From Eledone cirrhosa (taxonomy: Eukaryota): a stretch of 64,000 bases of DNA. Position 1 is the stretch's first letter. Each line of letters starts with the position of its first letter. Of this stretch, positions 13,047-26,633 are shown piece after piece. A model generated the notes under the pieces. The model did no database searches. It was given only the letters and a program-made list of their open reading frames with translations, and was not told the origin of the DNA. The stretch covers positions 400,954,001-401,018,000 of the forward strand of contig OZ024741.1 in NCBI GenBank assembly GCA_964016885.1, given 5' to 3'. Made by a program: the position numbers and the translations under genes.

Positions 13047-13289
13047 CTGTTAAACTATCACTATTCATCCAGAATGCTAGTGTAATATCTTGTGCCATCA
13101 TTGTAACAGTCTTTTTAACCTGGAAAAAGGAAATTGTGGAAACTCCGTATAGATTTGGAGACATTATTGCCAAAATTGCAATAATTAGTTTAGCTATTAT
13201 AGCTAACCTTGCTTCGTTAGCAGGCAACATCTCTGTACGTAATGATTGGATTATTGAAATATGTGAAAGAGACCCAAACAGACTTGCTT
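13047..13289 (+). CDS. SLC40A1: Ferroportin homolog, first visible coding exon (internal exon; upstream exons not seen)
   Basis: ttacag acceptor and gtaagt donor. Translates VKLSLFIQNASVISC...IANLASLAGNISVRNDWIIEICERDPNRLA, aligning to human FPN QNVSVILC...IANLAS...QRDWIVVV...SKLA. Confidence 0.93.
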
Positions 13290-13389
13290 GTAAGTATTTT
13301 ATCTCAGTTATATTCTATAAACTACAAGTTCTACCTCTTAAATCTAGCACTTCATGGTCCGATGACTCTCATGGTCCTGCATGTTTTAA

Positions 13390-13600
13390 CCCTTTAGCAT
13401 TTACATTACTCTATATATACTATTGTATTTTCATGGTAAAAGGTTTATCTCACATAATATCGAATCTATGAGATTTTGATGATGTTATTTATTTTGAGAA
13501 CAATACCTTAATATAAGTATGAGCAGCTAGTTATGGCTGGTTTAAACAGAAAGAGGTGAGAGAATTCTGGCCAGATATGGTCGGTTTAAATGCTAAAGGG
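13390..13600 (+). mobile_element. piggyBac-type MITE (~210 bp)
   Basis: TIR CCCTTTAGCATTTA...TAAATGCTAAAGGG flanked by TTAA on both sides. Confidence 0.85.
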
Positions 13601-13963
13601 TTAAATCTATCTACAGTACGCTATACTACTTACTTGTACAATGGATAGTGCAATCCAAGCAAGAATTGTATTGGTTATAGCGCCAAGCCCTCGTTTTCAC
13701 ACCCAACCCAATTTGGTGGAGTCAGTGCCATGATGGGGGACACATCGAAAGGAGTTTGGCTGACAGAGGTGATAACCACAACATATTTGAGCCATTTTGT
13801 AGGCCAGCAGGAGCTCACCCCACTGCCTAGCTCAGGCATAGCGACTCTTGGCCCCACAGTACATTATAGATATATAAATCTATCTACAACACTCCATGAT
13901 CCAACATGTTTTAAATCTATCTACAACACTCCATGATCCAACATGTTTTAAATCTATCTACAA

Positions 13964-14345
13964 CATGGTTTAGTGGTTAGAGCATTGGGCTTGCAATCGA
14001 AAGGTTGTGAGTTCAATTCTCAGACTGGGGGATGTGTTGTTTCCTTGAGCAAGACACTTTATTTCACATTGTTCCTGTTTACTCAGCTGTAGAAATGAGA
14101 TGATAGGGGCTGGGGTCCCTGTCATTCCACGGCAAAATGGTTGTGGAGGTGCCACAGCAAAAAAAAAAAGCACCCAGCCCACACTGTAAAGTGGAAGTGT
14201 AGGCACCATGGAAAAAAAGCACCCAGCACTCACTGTAAATGAGGTTGGTGTTAGGAAGGGCATCCAGCTGTAGAAATCAAGCCAGAATCAGTTTTGTCCC
14301 ACCCTTGCAAGCAGGGAAAAGCGGACGTAAAATGATGATGATGAT
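13964..14345 (+). mobile_element. tRNA-derived SINE with an RTE-like (GAT)n 3' tail
   Basis: A-box TGGTTTAGTGG, B-box GAGTTCAATTC, core TCCTTGAGCAAGACACTTT, then AGGAAGGGCATCCAGC and an (ATG)n tail. An inverted copy of the head lies at ~29790-29945. Confidence 0.7.
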
Positions 14346-14539
14346 GAACACTCCATGGTCTGGTAACTTCCATGGTCCAACATGTTTTAAATCTATCTAC
14401 AACACTCCATGGTCTGGTAACTTCCATGGTCCAACATGTTTTAAATCTATCTATAGTCCTCCATAGTGGTCTGGTAATTCCCATGATGTGTTTATGCCCC
14501 TCATACACACCCTGTTGTGCGACAAGTTGGTGAACGTTA

Positions 14540-15030
14540 GTGATATATATATTATTCTTTAAACAGTTATGTCTTACATGTAAGACTTTATCATAAATAT
14601 TATTGTTTAAACCTTTAAAGTCCTATATCTTATATATATGACCCCCATCACATATATTATTCTTTAAACAGTTAGTCCTATGTCTTACACATAAGACCCC
14701 ATCACATATATTATTATTTAAACACAAGACTTCTGTCTTACATATAAGACCTTATCACAATATTATTGTTTAAACGCTTAAAGTCATATGTCTTGCATAT
14801 AAGACCCCATCACATATATTATTCTTTAAACAGTTAGTCCTATGTCTTATATATATGACCACATCATAAATATTATTATTTAAATAGTTAGTCTTATGTC
14901 TTATGTATAAGATCTTATCACATGTATTATTGTTTAAACCTTTAAAGTCCTATGTCTTATATATAAGACCTTATCATAAATATTATTCTTTAAACAGTTA
15001 GCCTTATGAGTTATGAGATCTTATCACAAA
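14540..15030. repeat. Degenerate ~55-60-bp AT-rich minisatellite
   Basis: Recurrent atattattctttaaacagttagtcctatgtcttac...agaccccatcac. Confidence 0.8.
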
Positions 15031-16011
15031 TACTCACCCTTACTAGTTCTCTACCCCATCAGGCTAGTGCAATGATTATTTCTTAGATGTATGATAGAAG
15101 ATTTTTATATTAACTATAAAATGGAATAAAGAAGCACAGCTTGTCATATGTAGCATTTAAGATGAAAATGTGTGCTAGATGTCATAAATATTTAAATATA
15201 TAAGGAGGAATTGAACGACAAGATCCTAGACCTGATTAGCTTGCTGAGTAGTGTGGAACTAGTAAAAACTCAGACCAAGGAAACAATGTTTCCATTGGGC
15301 TTTCTATTGCTGATACTATCTACCGATCACAACTCCTGGCAGAAGGAGTAACAGGAAATAAACTGTCGTACTCAAAGACATAATGCATCCCCTCCAGAAA
15401 TTGAATTCTCCAACCACTAAGCCACTTGCCTTCTCCAGCTTAAGTTTGAAAACAACCCATTTCTTCCTGAGAAGTAGGGAGAGAGAGACAAACAGAGAGG
15501 GAAAGAATGATAGAGAAGTTGAGAAACATATATAGAGAGAAAGTGAGAAACATATATGTATAAAGAGATGAACTGGTACTTTTTTATCGACCTTGAAAGG
15601 ATTAAAGATAAAGTTGACCTCGACAAGATTTCAACTGTAGGGAGCAGGAATTACATTTTTATCCACCTGTTTATCTATGAGACTCTTGTTAAGTCATAAA
15701 ATTTGTCAACTCAAAGTGTGGAGTTAATCTATTAAAGTATAATGAAATTTTTTTTTTTTCTTTTTTGTCATGTTGCAACATATTTTCTGAAATTATAGCA
15801 AAATGTCAAACATTTCCCATTTTTTTTCTTATTTTTTCTGGAAAACAGAAAAATATATAAAAGACATTAACCGCTTTATTTCATGTCCATATTACTTAAA
15901 TGTAAAACTAAATTGATTTCATTGATTTTCGTCAAGTATTAAATTCTTACAAGTCTTTTATTTGATTTCCTGATATTTTGCCCAGCCTATTCTTTCCATT
16001 TATTTATTCAG

Positions 16012-16236
16012 ACATGACTGCCGCTCTCCGCCGTATTGATCTCACTGTTAAACTTCTATCAGCTGTTCTTGCTGGTCAATTAATGACTTATATTTCTATT
16101 GTGGCCGGTTCCTTGTTTATTGCTAGCTGGAATTTTGTCTCTGTATTTATTGAGTACTTTCTACTGTACAAAGTTTTCCAAGCAGTTCCAAGTTTAGCTA
16201 CAAAGAGACTTAATAAAACGGATGTTGTTGAACAAG
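16012..16236 (+). CDS. SLC40A1: Ferroportin homolog, coding exon
   Basis: ttcag acceptor, gtaaaa donor, phase 1. YMTAALRRIDLTVKLL...GQLMTY...WNFVSVFIEYFLLYKVFQAVPSLATK matches the FPN RRID...GQIM...WN..S..EY motifs. Confidence 0.95.
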
Positions 16237-16258
16237 GTAAAATTTTCCTTCTGGAAAG

Positions 16259-17118
16259 TCATCATCATTGTCATCAACATCATTGTCATCATCATCACCA
16301 TCATTGTATCATTGTCATCATCATCACCATCATTATATCATTGTCATCATCATCACCATCATTGTATCATTGTCATCATCATCACCATCATTATATCATT
16401 GTCATCATCATCACCATCATTATATCATTGTCATCATCATCACCATCATTATATCATTGTCATCATCATCACCATCATTATATCATTGTCATCATCATCA
16501 CCATCATTGTATCATTGTCATCATCATCACCATCATTGTATCATTGTCATCATCATCACCATCATTATATCATTGTCATCATCATCACCATCATTGTATC
16601 ATTGTCATCATCATCACCATCATTATATCATTGTCATCATCATCACCATCATTATATCATTGTCATCATCATCACCATCATTATATCATTGTCATCATCA
16701 TCACCATCATTATATCATTGTCATCATCATCACCATCATTGTATCATTGTCATCATCATCACCATCATTATATCATTGTCATCATCATCACCATCATTGT
16801 ATCATTGTCATCATCATCACCATCATTGTCATCATCATCACCATCATTATATCATTGTCATCATCATCACCATCATTGTATCATTGTCATCATCATCACC
16901 ATCATTGTCATCATCATCACCATCATTATATCATTGTCATCATCATCACCATCATTGTATTATTGTCATCATCATCACCATCATTATATCATTGTCATCA
17001 TCATCATCATCATCATCATCCTCCTCACTATCATCATCGTCATCATCATCATCATCATCCTCACTCCTCACTATCATCATCGTCATCATCATATCATCAT
17101 TATCATCATCATTATCAT
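16259..17118. repeat. (CAT)n-derived 29-bp minisatellite
   Basis: Unit ATCATTGTCATCATCATCACCATCATT(A/G)T; period 29 (16441 vs 16470). Confidence 0.95.
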
Positions 17119-17690
17119 TTAATGTCCATCTTCCTTGATAACAAGGGTTGGACAGGTGTTCACTGACCAAGTCCATACTCAAGTGGAGGTACTGAGCTCT
17201 CAGGTAGGCCTAGTGCCCACATCTCACATCTCGCACTCTACTGAGTACATTTTATCATGGCACCAACACTAAAGCAGTTGTCATGTCTATGGTTCACCTG
17301 AAGAGCCCTCCTGTTCCTTTTTGTGGCAGGCTTTCTATGGCTGGATGCCCTTCCTATCACTAACCACTTGTGTTTTGTATTTCTGAACAATACATAATCA
17401 AGTGTATGTGTAGGAGGATGTGTGTGTGTAGGAGGATGTGTGTGTGTGTAGGAAGGATGTGTGTGTGTGTGTAGGAGGGATGTGTGTGTGTAGGAGGGTT
17501 GTGTGTGTATGGAGGGCTAACACACCCATTGCAGTGAATCCTTTTCCCCCAAATGTTTATTCAACTCAATAAAGAGAAACTCTACTAGCACTAATCACAT
17601 CACATGGTAAGGGTTTGGATTTTAGAGTTATCTCTCTTATCTTTTTTGGCAACAGGTATCATTAGTTCTAATGAATTTTTCCATCCATAA

Positions 17691-17908
17691 CCCTTTAGCA
17701 TTTAAATTACTTTATATTTACTATTGTATTTTCATGGTAAACACTTTATCTCACATAATTATCACATAATATTGAATCTATGAGATTTTGATATTATTTA
17801 TTTTGAGAACAATACCATAACATCAGTATAAGTGGCCAGTTAAGCCAGCTTGAACAGAAAGAGGTGGGAGAATTCTGTCCGGATATGGCCTGTTTAAAAG
17901 CTAAAGGG
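17691..17908 (+). mobile_element. piggyBac-type MITE, same family
   Basis: Same TIRs and interior; flanks ATAA/TTAA. Confidence 0.82.
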
Positions 17909-18079
17909 TTAAAAGCAAAATTTTGACTAATTGAACATTTCGTTTACTCAGCACATTAGATGTGTTTCCCCCTACTCCTTCCCCCACTTGACAAATCATA
18001 GTAATCCCACCATGGGAGTGGCCAAGATTAAACAAAAATTTGAGAAACTTGTTGAAACTTAACGTAATGGAAATTCATT

Positions 18080-18432
18080 ACATAATAATAATGAAGATAA
18101 TAATGAAAATATTGTGTACAGTGCTCAGGTGCACTACAATTCATCAAAAAGTGTATGTATAGTACATAGGGTAATGTACAAACGTCAGGAAAATGAACAG
18201 TGCATGAGTCATGATATACACATGTGTGGATGTGTATGGAAGGGGGACATCAAGTGTAGTTTTGGCGAATTTCGGGAAGCATGAGTGTCTCGGCAGCTAA
18301 CAACTGATGCAGGCAGTTTGTTCCATGCTTCAGCAACTCTAAGCGTGAAAAAAATGTTTCCGAAAGTCATGGGAGCTGTGCTGTTTTCTGACTTTGTAGG
18401 CATGTCCATGTGTGTTAGACACATGGAGATCA
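18080..18432 (-). mobile_element. CR1/L2-type LINE 3' fragment
   Basis: Near copy of 20695-21045; FFTLRVAEAWNKLP motif and a (TTA)n tail. Confidence 0.85.
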
Positions 18433-18495
18433 AAAAGATCAAAATGGAGTTGTAAAACAAAGACTATACTCTAACTGACACTTAAAACATTTTAC

Positions 18496-18690
18496 CCCTT
18501 TAGCATTTAAACTGGCCATATCCAGCCAGGACTCTCTTGCCTCTTTCTGTTCAAACCAGCTGTAACTGGCCCCTCATACTGATGTTAAGGTATTGTTCTC
18601 AAAATATATATCAAAATCTCATAGATTCGATATTATGTGAGGTAAAGCCTTTACTGTGAAAATATAATAGTAAATATAATAGAAAATACA
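18496..18690 (-). mobile_element. piggyBac-type MITE, inverted copy with one degraded end
   Basis: Reverse complement of the 13390 copy; one TIR intact. Confidence 0.75.
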
Positions 18691-18944
18691 ATAGTTAAAC
18701 ATTAAAACTTCATAAATATATTTTATACTCATGAGAATTTCAAAACCACATCATCTAAACATAATGTGTTGATTAGCTGCCTCGGTGTATAAACAGGGTT
18801 TGGATTTCTTAAACACAAAATAAAGAGTTGTCAGCTTATATATGAGCATATATAGTAGCTGCCTTTGCTTGTAAATGGGGTTTGGAGTTTTGCCCATATC
18901 TCGTACATAAAATGGTGGGTTTGGCTTATATACGAGTCCAAACT

Positions 18945-19203
18945 AATGAGGTCGTGTAGGTGTCACAACAAAAACACAGTCCATGCTGTAATGTGGTCAT
19001 GTAGGTAACACGGTAAAAAGCTTCCAGTCCACACTGTAAATGTGGTTGGTGTTAGGAAGGGCATCCAGCCATAGAAAACCTGCCAGACAGTCCTATACGA
19101 ATGAGACACAGTCACCCAACCAATCTTACCTCAAGTGGTACAATTCCCGCCTAACCCATGATAGCGTGGAAGATAGACATTAAACGAGGATGATGATGAT
19201 GAT
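18945..19203 (+). mobile_element. RTE LINE 3' UTR fragment
   Basis: Reverse complement of 31783-32030; ends TAAACGA(GAT)n. Confidence 0.8.
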
Positions 19204-19531
19204 AAAGTAGCCATCTTGGCTTATTAATGGGGTTTGGAATTTTGCTCATTTCTCAGACGTAAAATAAGCGAGAGGGAGATCAGCTTATATTTGAGTACAT
19301 ATGAGCAAAGTATGGCACAGCCAACTGGCCAGACTTGTCTCATAATGTAGAAAACCCGTCAACCCATGCAAGCATGGAAAATAAGACATTAAATGATGAT
19401 GATGATATGGTATTTGAAATGTTTAGATTACATTAAAACTTCTAAGAAATTTACATTTGTGCTATCCTGAAAATATTTTAATGTCATTGTTTGTTGAAAT
19501 GTTTTTTTTTCTATTTTTTATTTCTATGCAG

Positions 19532-19849
19532 AAAAAGATGATGAAGAGAAGAAAAAAACTGAGTCAAATGAAATGGTTGAAAGCTCAAATTCCATTGAGG
19601 AATCTCATGAAAGTCCACAGTCTGAGACAATTGTAGTGAACCCTGGTGACACCCCATCAAAACCTGATGAAAATACACCCAAAACTTGTAGCAAATTAAC
19701 CCACTATCCTATTTGTATGTCTTTCTTCTCACGAATAGTTATCTTATACAATGGCTGGAGCATATATTTAAAGTATGATGTTGCTCCTGCTGGCTTTGGA
19801 CTTGCTTTCTTACACATGACAGCTCTTTCCTTTGACAATGTTTCTGTTG
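19532..19849 (+). CDS. SLC40A1: Ferroportin homolog, coding exon (central loop and TM7)
   Basis: tgcag acceptor, gtaaga donor. Acidic loop followed by GWSIYLKYDVAPAGFGLAFLHMTALSFDNVSVG (human GW..Y...[21 protein letters not shown]). Confidence 0.94.
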
Positions 19850-19897
19850 GTAAGAATTTTTACTTTCAAGTTAATGTTATTTATATATCTCTCTTAA

Positions 19898-20109
19898 CCC
19901 TTTACTATTTACATTACTCTATATACACTATTATATTTTCACGATAAAGACTTTACCTCACATAAGTATCTCACATAATAATATCGAATCTATGAGATTT
20001 TTTATTATTTATTTTGAGAACAATACCTTAACATTAGTATGAGTGGCCAATTACAGCCGGTTTGAACAGAAAGAGGTGAGAGAATACGACCGGTTTAAAC
20101 GCTAAAGGG
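19898..20109 (+). mobile_element. piggyBac-type MITE, same family
   Basis: TTAA-CCCTTTA...TAAAGGG-TTAA. Confidence 0.83.
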
Positions 20110-20115
20110 TTAAGG

Positions 20116-20337
20116 GTGGTGGATTTGCAGTATCAGTAGAGTCTCGGACACCTTGCTTTGCAGCATAGCGTTACAGGCCTTTATGTTCTGAGTTCAAATC
20201 CTGCCAAGGTTAGCTTTGCCTATCATCCTTACAGGGTCGATAAAATAAAGTACCAGTAATGCACTGGAGTTGATTCAATCGATTTCCCCTTCCCCCAAAA
20301 ATTGTTGGCCTTGTGCCTAAATCAGAAACCATTATTT
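20116..20337 (+). mobile_element. tRNA-derived SINE (second family). Further copies at ~27722, 27945, 30128, 30460, 31685, 34170, 34660, 35942, 36230
   Basis: A-box-like T(G/T)GCAGTATC(A/G)G, B-box GAGTTCAAATCC, conserved CTTTGCCTTTCATCCTTACGGGGTCGATAAAATAAAGTACCAG core, (ATT)n tail. Confidence 0.85.
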
Positions 20338-20694
20338 ATATATATCATGTAAAGGTATGCAAAAGATCTAACAGTGGTAAAGTCATATGTTCAATTCCCA
20401 GACTGGATGGAATGTTGTGTCCTTCAGCAAAGCTCTTTATTTCACATTGCTCCAGTGGCAGTAGCAGCTGGAGTTAACCTTACATTGTATCATTAACAGA
20501 CAGAAGCCTGACCTGACCATGAAGCAGGTTGTACTGGGTTATATAGTACCAGTAGCAGGCAGAAGTCTGACCTGACCATATGCTACATTGATACTGTATT
20601 AATTATTGTCAGGTTATCACACTTCTACCATTATGTAAATGAGCTGGCGAGACACAAGTTTGATTTATATTTAAATACTTAACTTTCCATTACT

Positions 20695-22555
20695 ATAATA
20701 ATGAAAATATTGTGTACAGTGCTCAGGTGCACTACAACTCATCAAAAAGTGTATGTACAGTACATAGGGTAATGTACAAACGCCAGGAAAATGAACAGTG
20801 CATGAGTCATGATATACATGTGTGCATGTGTATGGAAGGGTACATCTGGTGTAGTTTTGGCGAATTTCGGGAAGCATGAGGGTTTTAAAGGATGCAGTGT
20901 CTCAACAGCTAATAACTAATGCAGGCAGTTTGTTCCATACTTCAGCAACTCTAAACGTGAAAAAATGTTTCTGAAAGTCATGGGAGCTGTGCTGTTTTCT
21001 GACTTTGTAGGCATGTCCACGTGTGTTAGACACATGGAGATCTAAAAGGTACTCAGGGTTGTTGTTGGCGAGATGGTTAATAACTTTGTGGGTGTTTACC
21101 AAGTCCATTGCCAGATGTCGGAGCTTCAATGAATCCATGCCCAAGGAAGCAAGGCGTTCAGAGTAAGGTAGGTGTCTGATGGAGGGTATGCGCTTGGTTG
21201 CACGTCTCTGAACAGTTTCCAGGAGGTCAATGTTCTGAGCAAGATAGGGGTTCCAGACTGATGATGCGAATTCCAAGTGTGGTCATACCATGGCTGTATA
21301 GAGCTTTAAATAGATGGCTGGAGAGCGGCTAACAAAGGTCTTGCTGAGTGATGCCAAGACACCCTCGGCCTTCTTGACAATCTTAGAGACATGCTTTGTC
21401 CAACGCAAATCGCTGCTGACAGTAATGCCCAGGTCACGTTCACAAGAGGACTTCTTGATATCAGTGTTGTGGAGGGAGTATGTGGACGCTGGATTTTTCC
21501 TCCCAAATTGCATGGTGGCACACTTGTCCACAGCCAGCTTCAGTTGCCAGTCTGTAATCCATTGCTGCATTGTGTCCAGGTCTGATTGTAGGAAAGAGTT
21601 ATAGATTTCAGGATCAGTCCTTTTGATTTCAAGGTACAGCTTTATGTCATCTGCATATTTCAGTACCGTGGCATTCTTTAAGTGTCATCTATGTCATTAA
21701 TATATGCCACAAACAAAAGGGGACCAAGAACAGATCCCTGTGGTACACCAGATGACATCTCATATGGTGAAGAATGCTGTCCTAGAACCGTGACTACCTC
21801 TTTTCGGCTGATCATCCCTCACACCCATTGCAGAGAGTTTCACCATAAGTCTTTTGTGTGGCACAGAATTAAAAGCCTTAGCGAAGTCAGGGTAGACAAC
21901 ATCCACCCATGAGCCGTCATCAGTGATCCGGGTAATGTCTTCAAGGAACTCGATAAGCTGATCACAGCAGCTGGAGTTAGGGATAAATCCAAACTGCGAG
22001 GGCCGGATGAGGCTGTGATAGCTCCAGAAGTTCCAAAGTGTTTCTCTGACACAGGATTCCAGCAGTTTGGCAATACAGCTAGTAAAACTGACTGGACGAT
22101 AGTTGACGAGTGACGTGCAGTCACCCTTTTTGAACAGGGGAATGACACTCACAGTTTTCCACTGCTCCGGAGTAGCACCATTGTTGAGACAGTATTGAAA
22201 GAAGAAAGAAAGCTGGTGCAAAAGGAAGTACCCGCCACGTTTGAGAAGCAGGCATGTAACACCATCAAGACCAGGGGAGGCATAGTTGCACTTATTCTTA
22301 AGGAGAAGTTGCAGCATTGCAGGTGTAAATTCCATAGTTGTTATGGTATTTGATGTTAGAGATGGTGGAGATGGTACATTCTGGTTTTCAACAGTAAAAA
22401 TGCTTGCATAGCACTCAGCAATGAGTTCTGCACATTCTTTGGGATCGTCAATGATCTGGCTTGTGTGGGGATTGTGAAGAGGACCAACTGGAGAGTGAGG
22501 TCTCTGCTTTGAATGAACATATTTCTAGAACACCTTACTGTCAGGATTGGTTATC
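20695..22555 (-). mobile_element. 5'-truncated, degenerate CR1/L2-type LINE (RT pseudogene)
   Basis: Motifs NYRPVS, QFGF, VDVVYPDFAKAF, GVPQGSVLGP, YADD, ERDLG, TRGHAYK spread across frameshifts and stops. Confidence 0.92.
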
Positions 22556-22623
22556 ATTGGCAGTTTAGAAGGCTGAGGTGATAGGATCCAGATTGATTGT
22601 TAAATAGTAGTGAAATCGGTTGC

Positions 22624-25600
22624 TTCAACCCCCATCTCATGTGGGTCTACTATCACAACCTCCATCTCATGTGGGTCTAATATCACAACCTCCATCTCAT
22701 GTGGGTCTAATATCACAACCCCCATCTCATGTGGGTCTAATATCACAACCCCCATCTCATGTGGGTCTAATATCACAACCCCCATCTCATGTGGGTCTAA
22801 TATCACAACCCCCATCTCATGTGGGTCTCATATCACAACCCCCATCTCATGTGGGTCTACTATCACAACCTCCATCTCATGTGGGTCTACTATCACAACC
22901 TCCATCTCATGTGGGTCTAATATCACAACCTCCATCTAATGTGGGTCTACTATCACAACCTCCATCTCATGTGGGTCTACTATCACAACCTCCATCTCAT
23001 GTGAGTCTACTATGATAACCCCCATCTCATGTGGGTCTAATATCACAACCTCCATCTCATGTGGGTCTAATATTACAACCTCCATCTCATGTGGGTCTAC
23101 TATCACAACCTCCATCTCATGTAGGTCTAATATCACAACCTCCATCTCATGTGGGTCTACTATCACAACCTCCATCTCATGTAGGTCTAATATCACAACC
23201 TCCATCTCATGTACGTCTAATATCACAACCTCCATCTCATGTACGTCTAATATCACAACCTCCATCTCATGTGGGTCTACTATCACAACCCCATCTCATG
23301 TGGGTCTAATATTACAACCTCCATCTCATGTAGGTCTACTATCACAACCTCCATCTCATGTAGGTCTACTATCACAACCTCCATCTCATGTAGGTCTACT
23401 ATCACAACCTCCATCTCATGTGGGTCTACTATCACAACCTCCATCTCATGTAGGTCTAATATCACAACCTCCATCTTATGTGGGTCTAATATCACAACCT
23501 CCATCTCATGTAGGTCTAATATCACAACCTCCATCTCATGTGGGTCTAATATCACAACCTCCATCTCATGTGGGTCTAATATCGCAACCTCCATCTCATG
23601 TGGGTCTACTATCACAACCTCCATCTCATGTAGGTCTACTATCACAACCTCCATCTCATGTGGGTCTAATATTACAACCTCCAACTTATGTAGGTCTAAT
23701 ATCACAACCTCCATCTCATGTAGGTCTAATATCACAACCTCCATCTCATGTGGGTCTAATATTACAACCTCCATCTCATGTAGGTCTACTATCACAACCT
23801 CCATCTCATGTAGGTCTACTATCATAACCTCCATCTCATGTGGGTCTACTATCACAACCTCCATCTCATGTAGGTCTAATATCACAACCTCCATCTCATG
23901 TGGGTCTACTATCACAACCTCCATCTCATGTAGGTCTAATATCACAACCTCCATCTCATGTAGGTCTAATATCACAACCTCCATCTCATGTAGGTCTAAT
24001 ATCACAACCTCCATCTCATGTGGGTCTACTATCACAACCTCCATCTCATGTAGGTCTAATATCACAACCTCCATCTCATGTAGGTCTACTATCACAACCT
24101 CCATCTCATGTGGGTCTACTATCACAACCTCCATCTCATGTGGGTCTACTATCACAACCTCCATCACATGTGGGTCTACTATCACAACCTCCATCACATG
24201 TGGGTCTACTATCACAACCTCCATCTCATGTAGGTCTACTATCACAACCTCCATCTCACGTGGGTCTAATATCACAACCTCCATCTCATGTGGGTCTAAT
24301 ATCACAACTTCCATCTCATGTAGGTCTAATATCACAACCTCCATCTCATGTGGGTCTAATATCACAACCTCCTTCGCATGTGGGTCTAATATCACAACCT
24401 CCATCTCATGTGGGTCTAATATCGCAACCTCCATCTCATGTGGGTCTACTATCACGACCTCCATCTCATGTAGGTCTACTATCACAACCTCCATCTCATG
24501 TAGGTCTACTATCACAACCTCCATCTCATGTAGGTCTACTATCACAACCTCCATCTCATGTGGGTCTACTATCACAACCTCTAACTCATATAGGTCTACT
24601 ATCACAACCTCCATCTCATGTGGGTCTAATATCACAACCTCCATCTCATGCGGGTCTAATATCACAACCTCCATCTCATGCGGGTCTAATATCACAACCT
24701 CCATCTCATGTAGGTCTAATATCACAACCTCCATCTCATGCGGGTCTAATATCACAACCTCCATCTCATGTGGGTCTAATATCACAACCTCCATCTCATG
24801 CGGGTCTAATATCACAACCTCCATCTCATGTGGGTCTAATATCACAACCTCCATCTCATGCGGGTCTAATATCACAACCTCCATCTCATGTAGGTCTAAT
24901 ATCACAACCTCCATCTCATGCGGGTCTACTATCACAACCTCCATCTCATGTGGGTCTAATATCACAACCTCCATCTCATGCGGGTCTAATATCACAACCT
25001 CCATCTCATGTGGGTCTAATATCACAACCTCCATCTCATGTAGGTCTACTATCACAACCTCCATCTCATGTGGGTCTAATATCACAACCTCCATCTCATG
25101 CGGGTCTAATATCACAACCTCCATCTCATGCGGGTCTAATATCACAACCTCCATCTCATGTGGGTCTAATATCACAACCTCCATCTCATGTGGGTCTACT
25201 ATCACAACCTCCATCTCACTTGGGTCTAATATCACAACCTCCATCTCATGTAGGTCTACTATCACAACCTCCATCTCATGTGGGTCTAATATCACAACCT
25301 CCATCTCATGTGGGTCTAATATCACAACCTCCATCTCATGTGGGTCTAATATCACAACCTCCATCTCATGTAGGTCTACTATCACAACCTCCATCTCATG
25401 TGGGTCTACTATCACAACCTCCATCTCATGTAGGTCTAATATCACAACCTCCATCTCATGTAGGTCTAATATCACAACCTCCATCACATGTGGGTCTACT
25501 ATCACTACCTCCATCTCATGTAGGTCTACTATCACAATCTCCATCTCATGTGGGTCCAATATCACAACCTCCATCTCATATAGGTCTAATATCACAACCT

Positions 25601-26270
25601 CCATCTCATGTAGGTCTAATATCACAACCTCCATCTCATGTGGGTCTACTATCACAACCTCCATCTCATGTGGGTCTACTATCACAACCTCCATCTCATG
25701 TGGGTCTACTATCACAACCTCCATCTCATGTAGGTCTAATATCACAACCTCCATCTCATGTAGGTCTAATATCACAACCTCCATCTCATGTGGGTCTAAT
25801 ATCACAACCTCCATCTCATGTAGGTCTAATATCACAACCTCCATCTCATGTGGGTCTACTATCACAACCTCCATCTCATGTGGGTCTACTATCACAACCT
25901 CCATCTCATGTGGGTCTAATATCACAACCTCCATCTCATGTGGGTCTAATATCACAACCTCCATCTCATGTGGGTCTAATATCACAACCTCCATCTCATG
26001 TAGGTCTAATATCACAACCTCCATCTCATGTAGGTGTAATATCACAACCTCCATCTCATGTAGGTCTAATATCACAACCTCCATCTCATGTGGGTCTACT
26101 ATCACAACCCCATCTCATGTGGGTCTAATATCACAACCTCCATCTCATGTAGGTCTACTATCACAACCTCCATCTCATGTAGGTCTACTATCACAACCTC
26201 CATCTCATGTGGGTCTAATATCACAACCTCCATCTCATGTGGGTCTACTATCACAACCTCCATTTCATGC
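22624..26270. repeat. 30-bp tandem satellite (~120 copies) inside a ferroportin intron
   Basis: Unit ATCACAACCTCCATCTCATGT(G/A)GGTCTA(A/C)T, two copies per 60-nt line. Confidence 0.98.
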
Positions 26271-26633
26271 TGCTTAAGAGATACATGGGTGTCTAATATC
26301 ACAAGACTAAATACATTTTCTGTCTACTCAATTTCACCCACAAAGCTTAGGTCCAACTGATGCAATGGGACCAAATCCAGTCATACTGCATGACATCTTA
26401 AGCAAGTATCTTTTAGATATCTATTTTACTCTAAAAGAAATTATGAACTCTCATCCTCTTCTTCAAACTAAGTAATAAAGGAATACCATATCCCTTTCAG
26501 AAACAAGTTGCCCCAGCATGGCCTCAGATAAAAGAGTAAAATAGAAAATTATATTTACTAACACTATTTTTATGCAAAAATACAAAAAATCTTGATTTTG
26601 TTTATTATTTGTTTGTTTTACAATTCATTTCAG

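Noticed and set aside
16222-17182. Standalone His/Ile/Ser-rich or Asp-rich proteins
   Set aside because: Translations of (CAT)n-derived repeats.
22600-26360. ORFs of 760-1000 aa on both strands (SCGSNITTSI / MEVVILDPHE / QPPSHVGLIS repeats)
   Set aside because: A 30-bp stop-free unit is open in several frames at once. It is intronic, broken by 1-bp deletions, and has no unique coding flanks.
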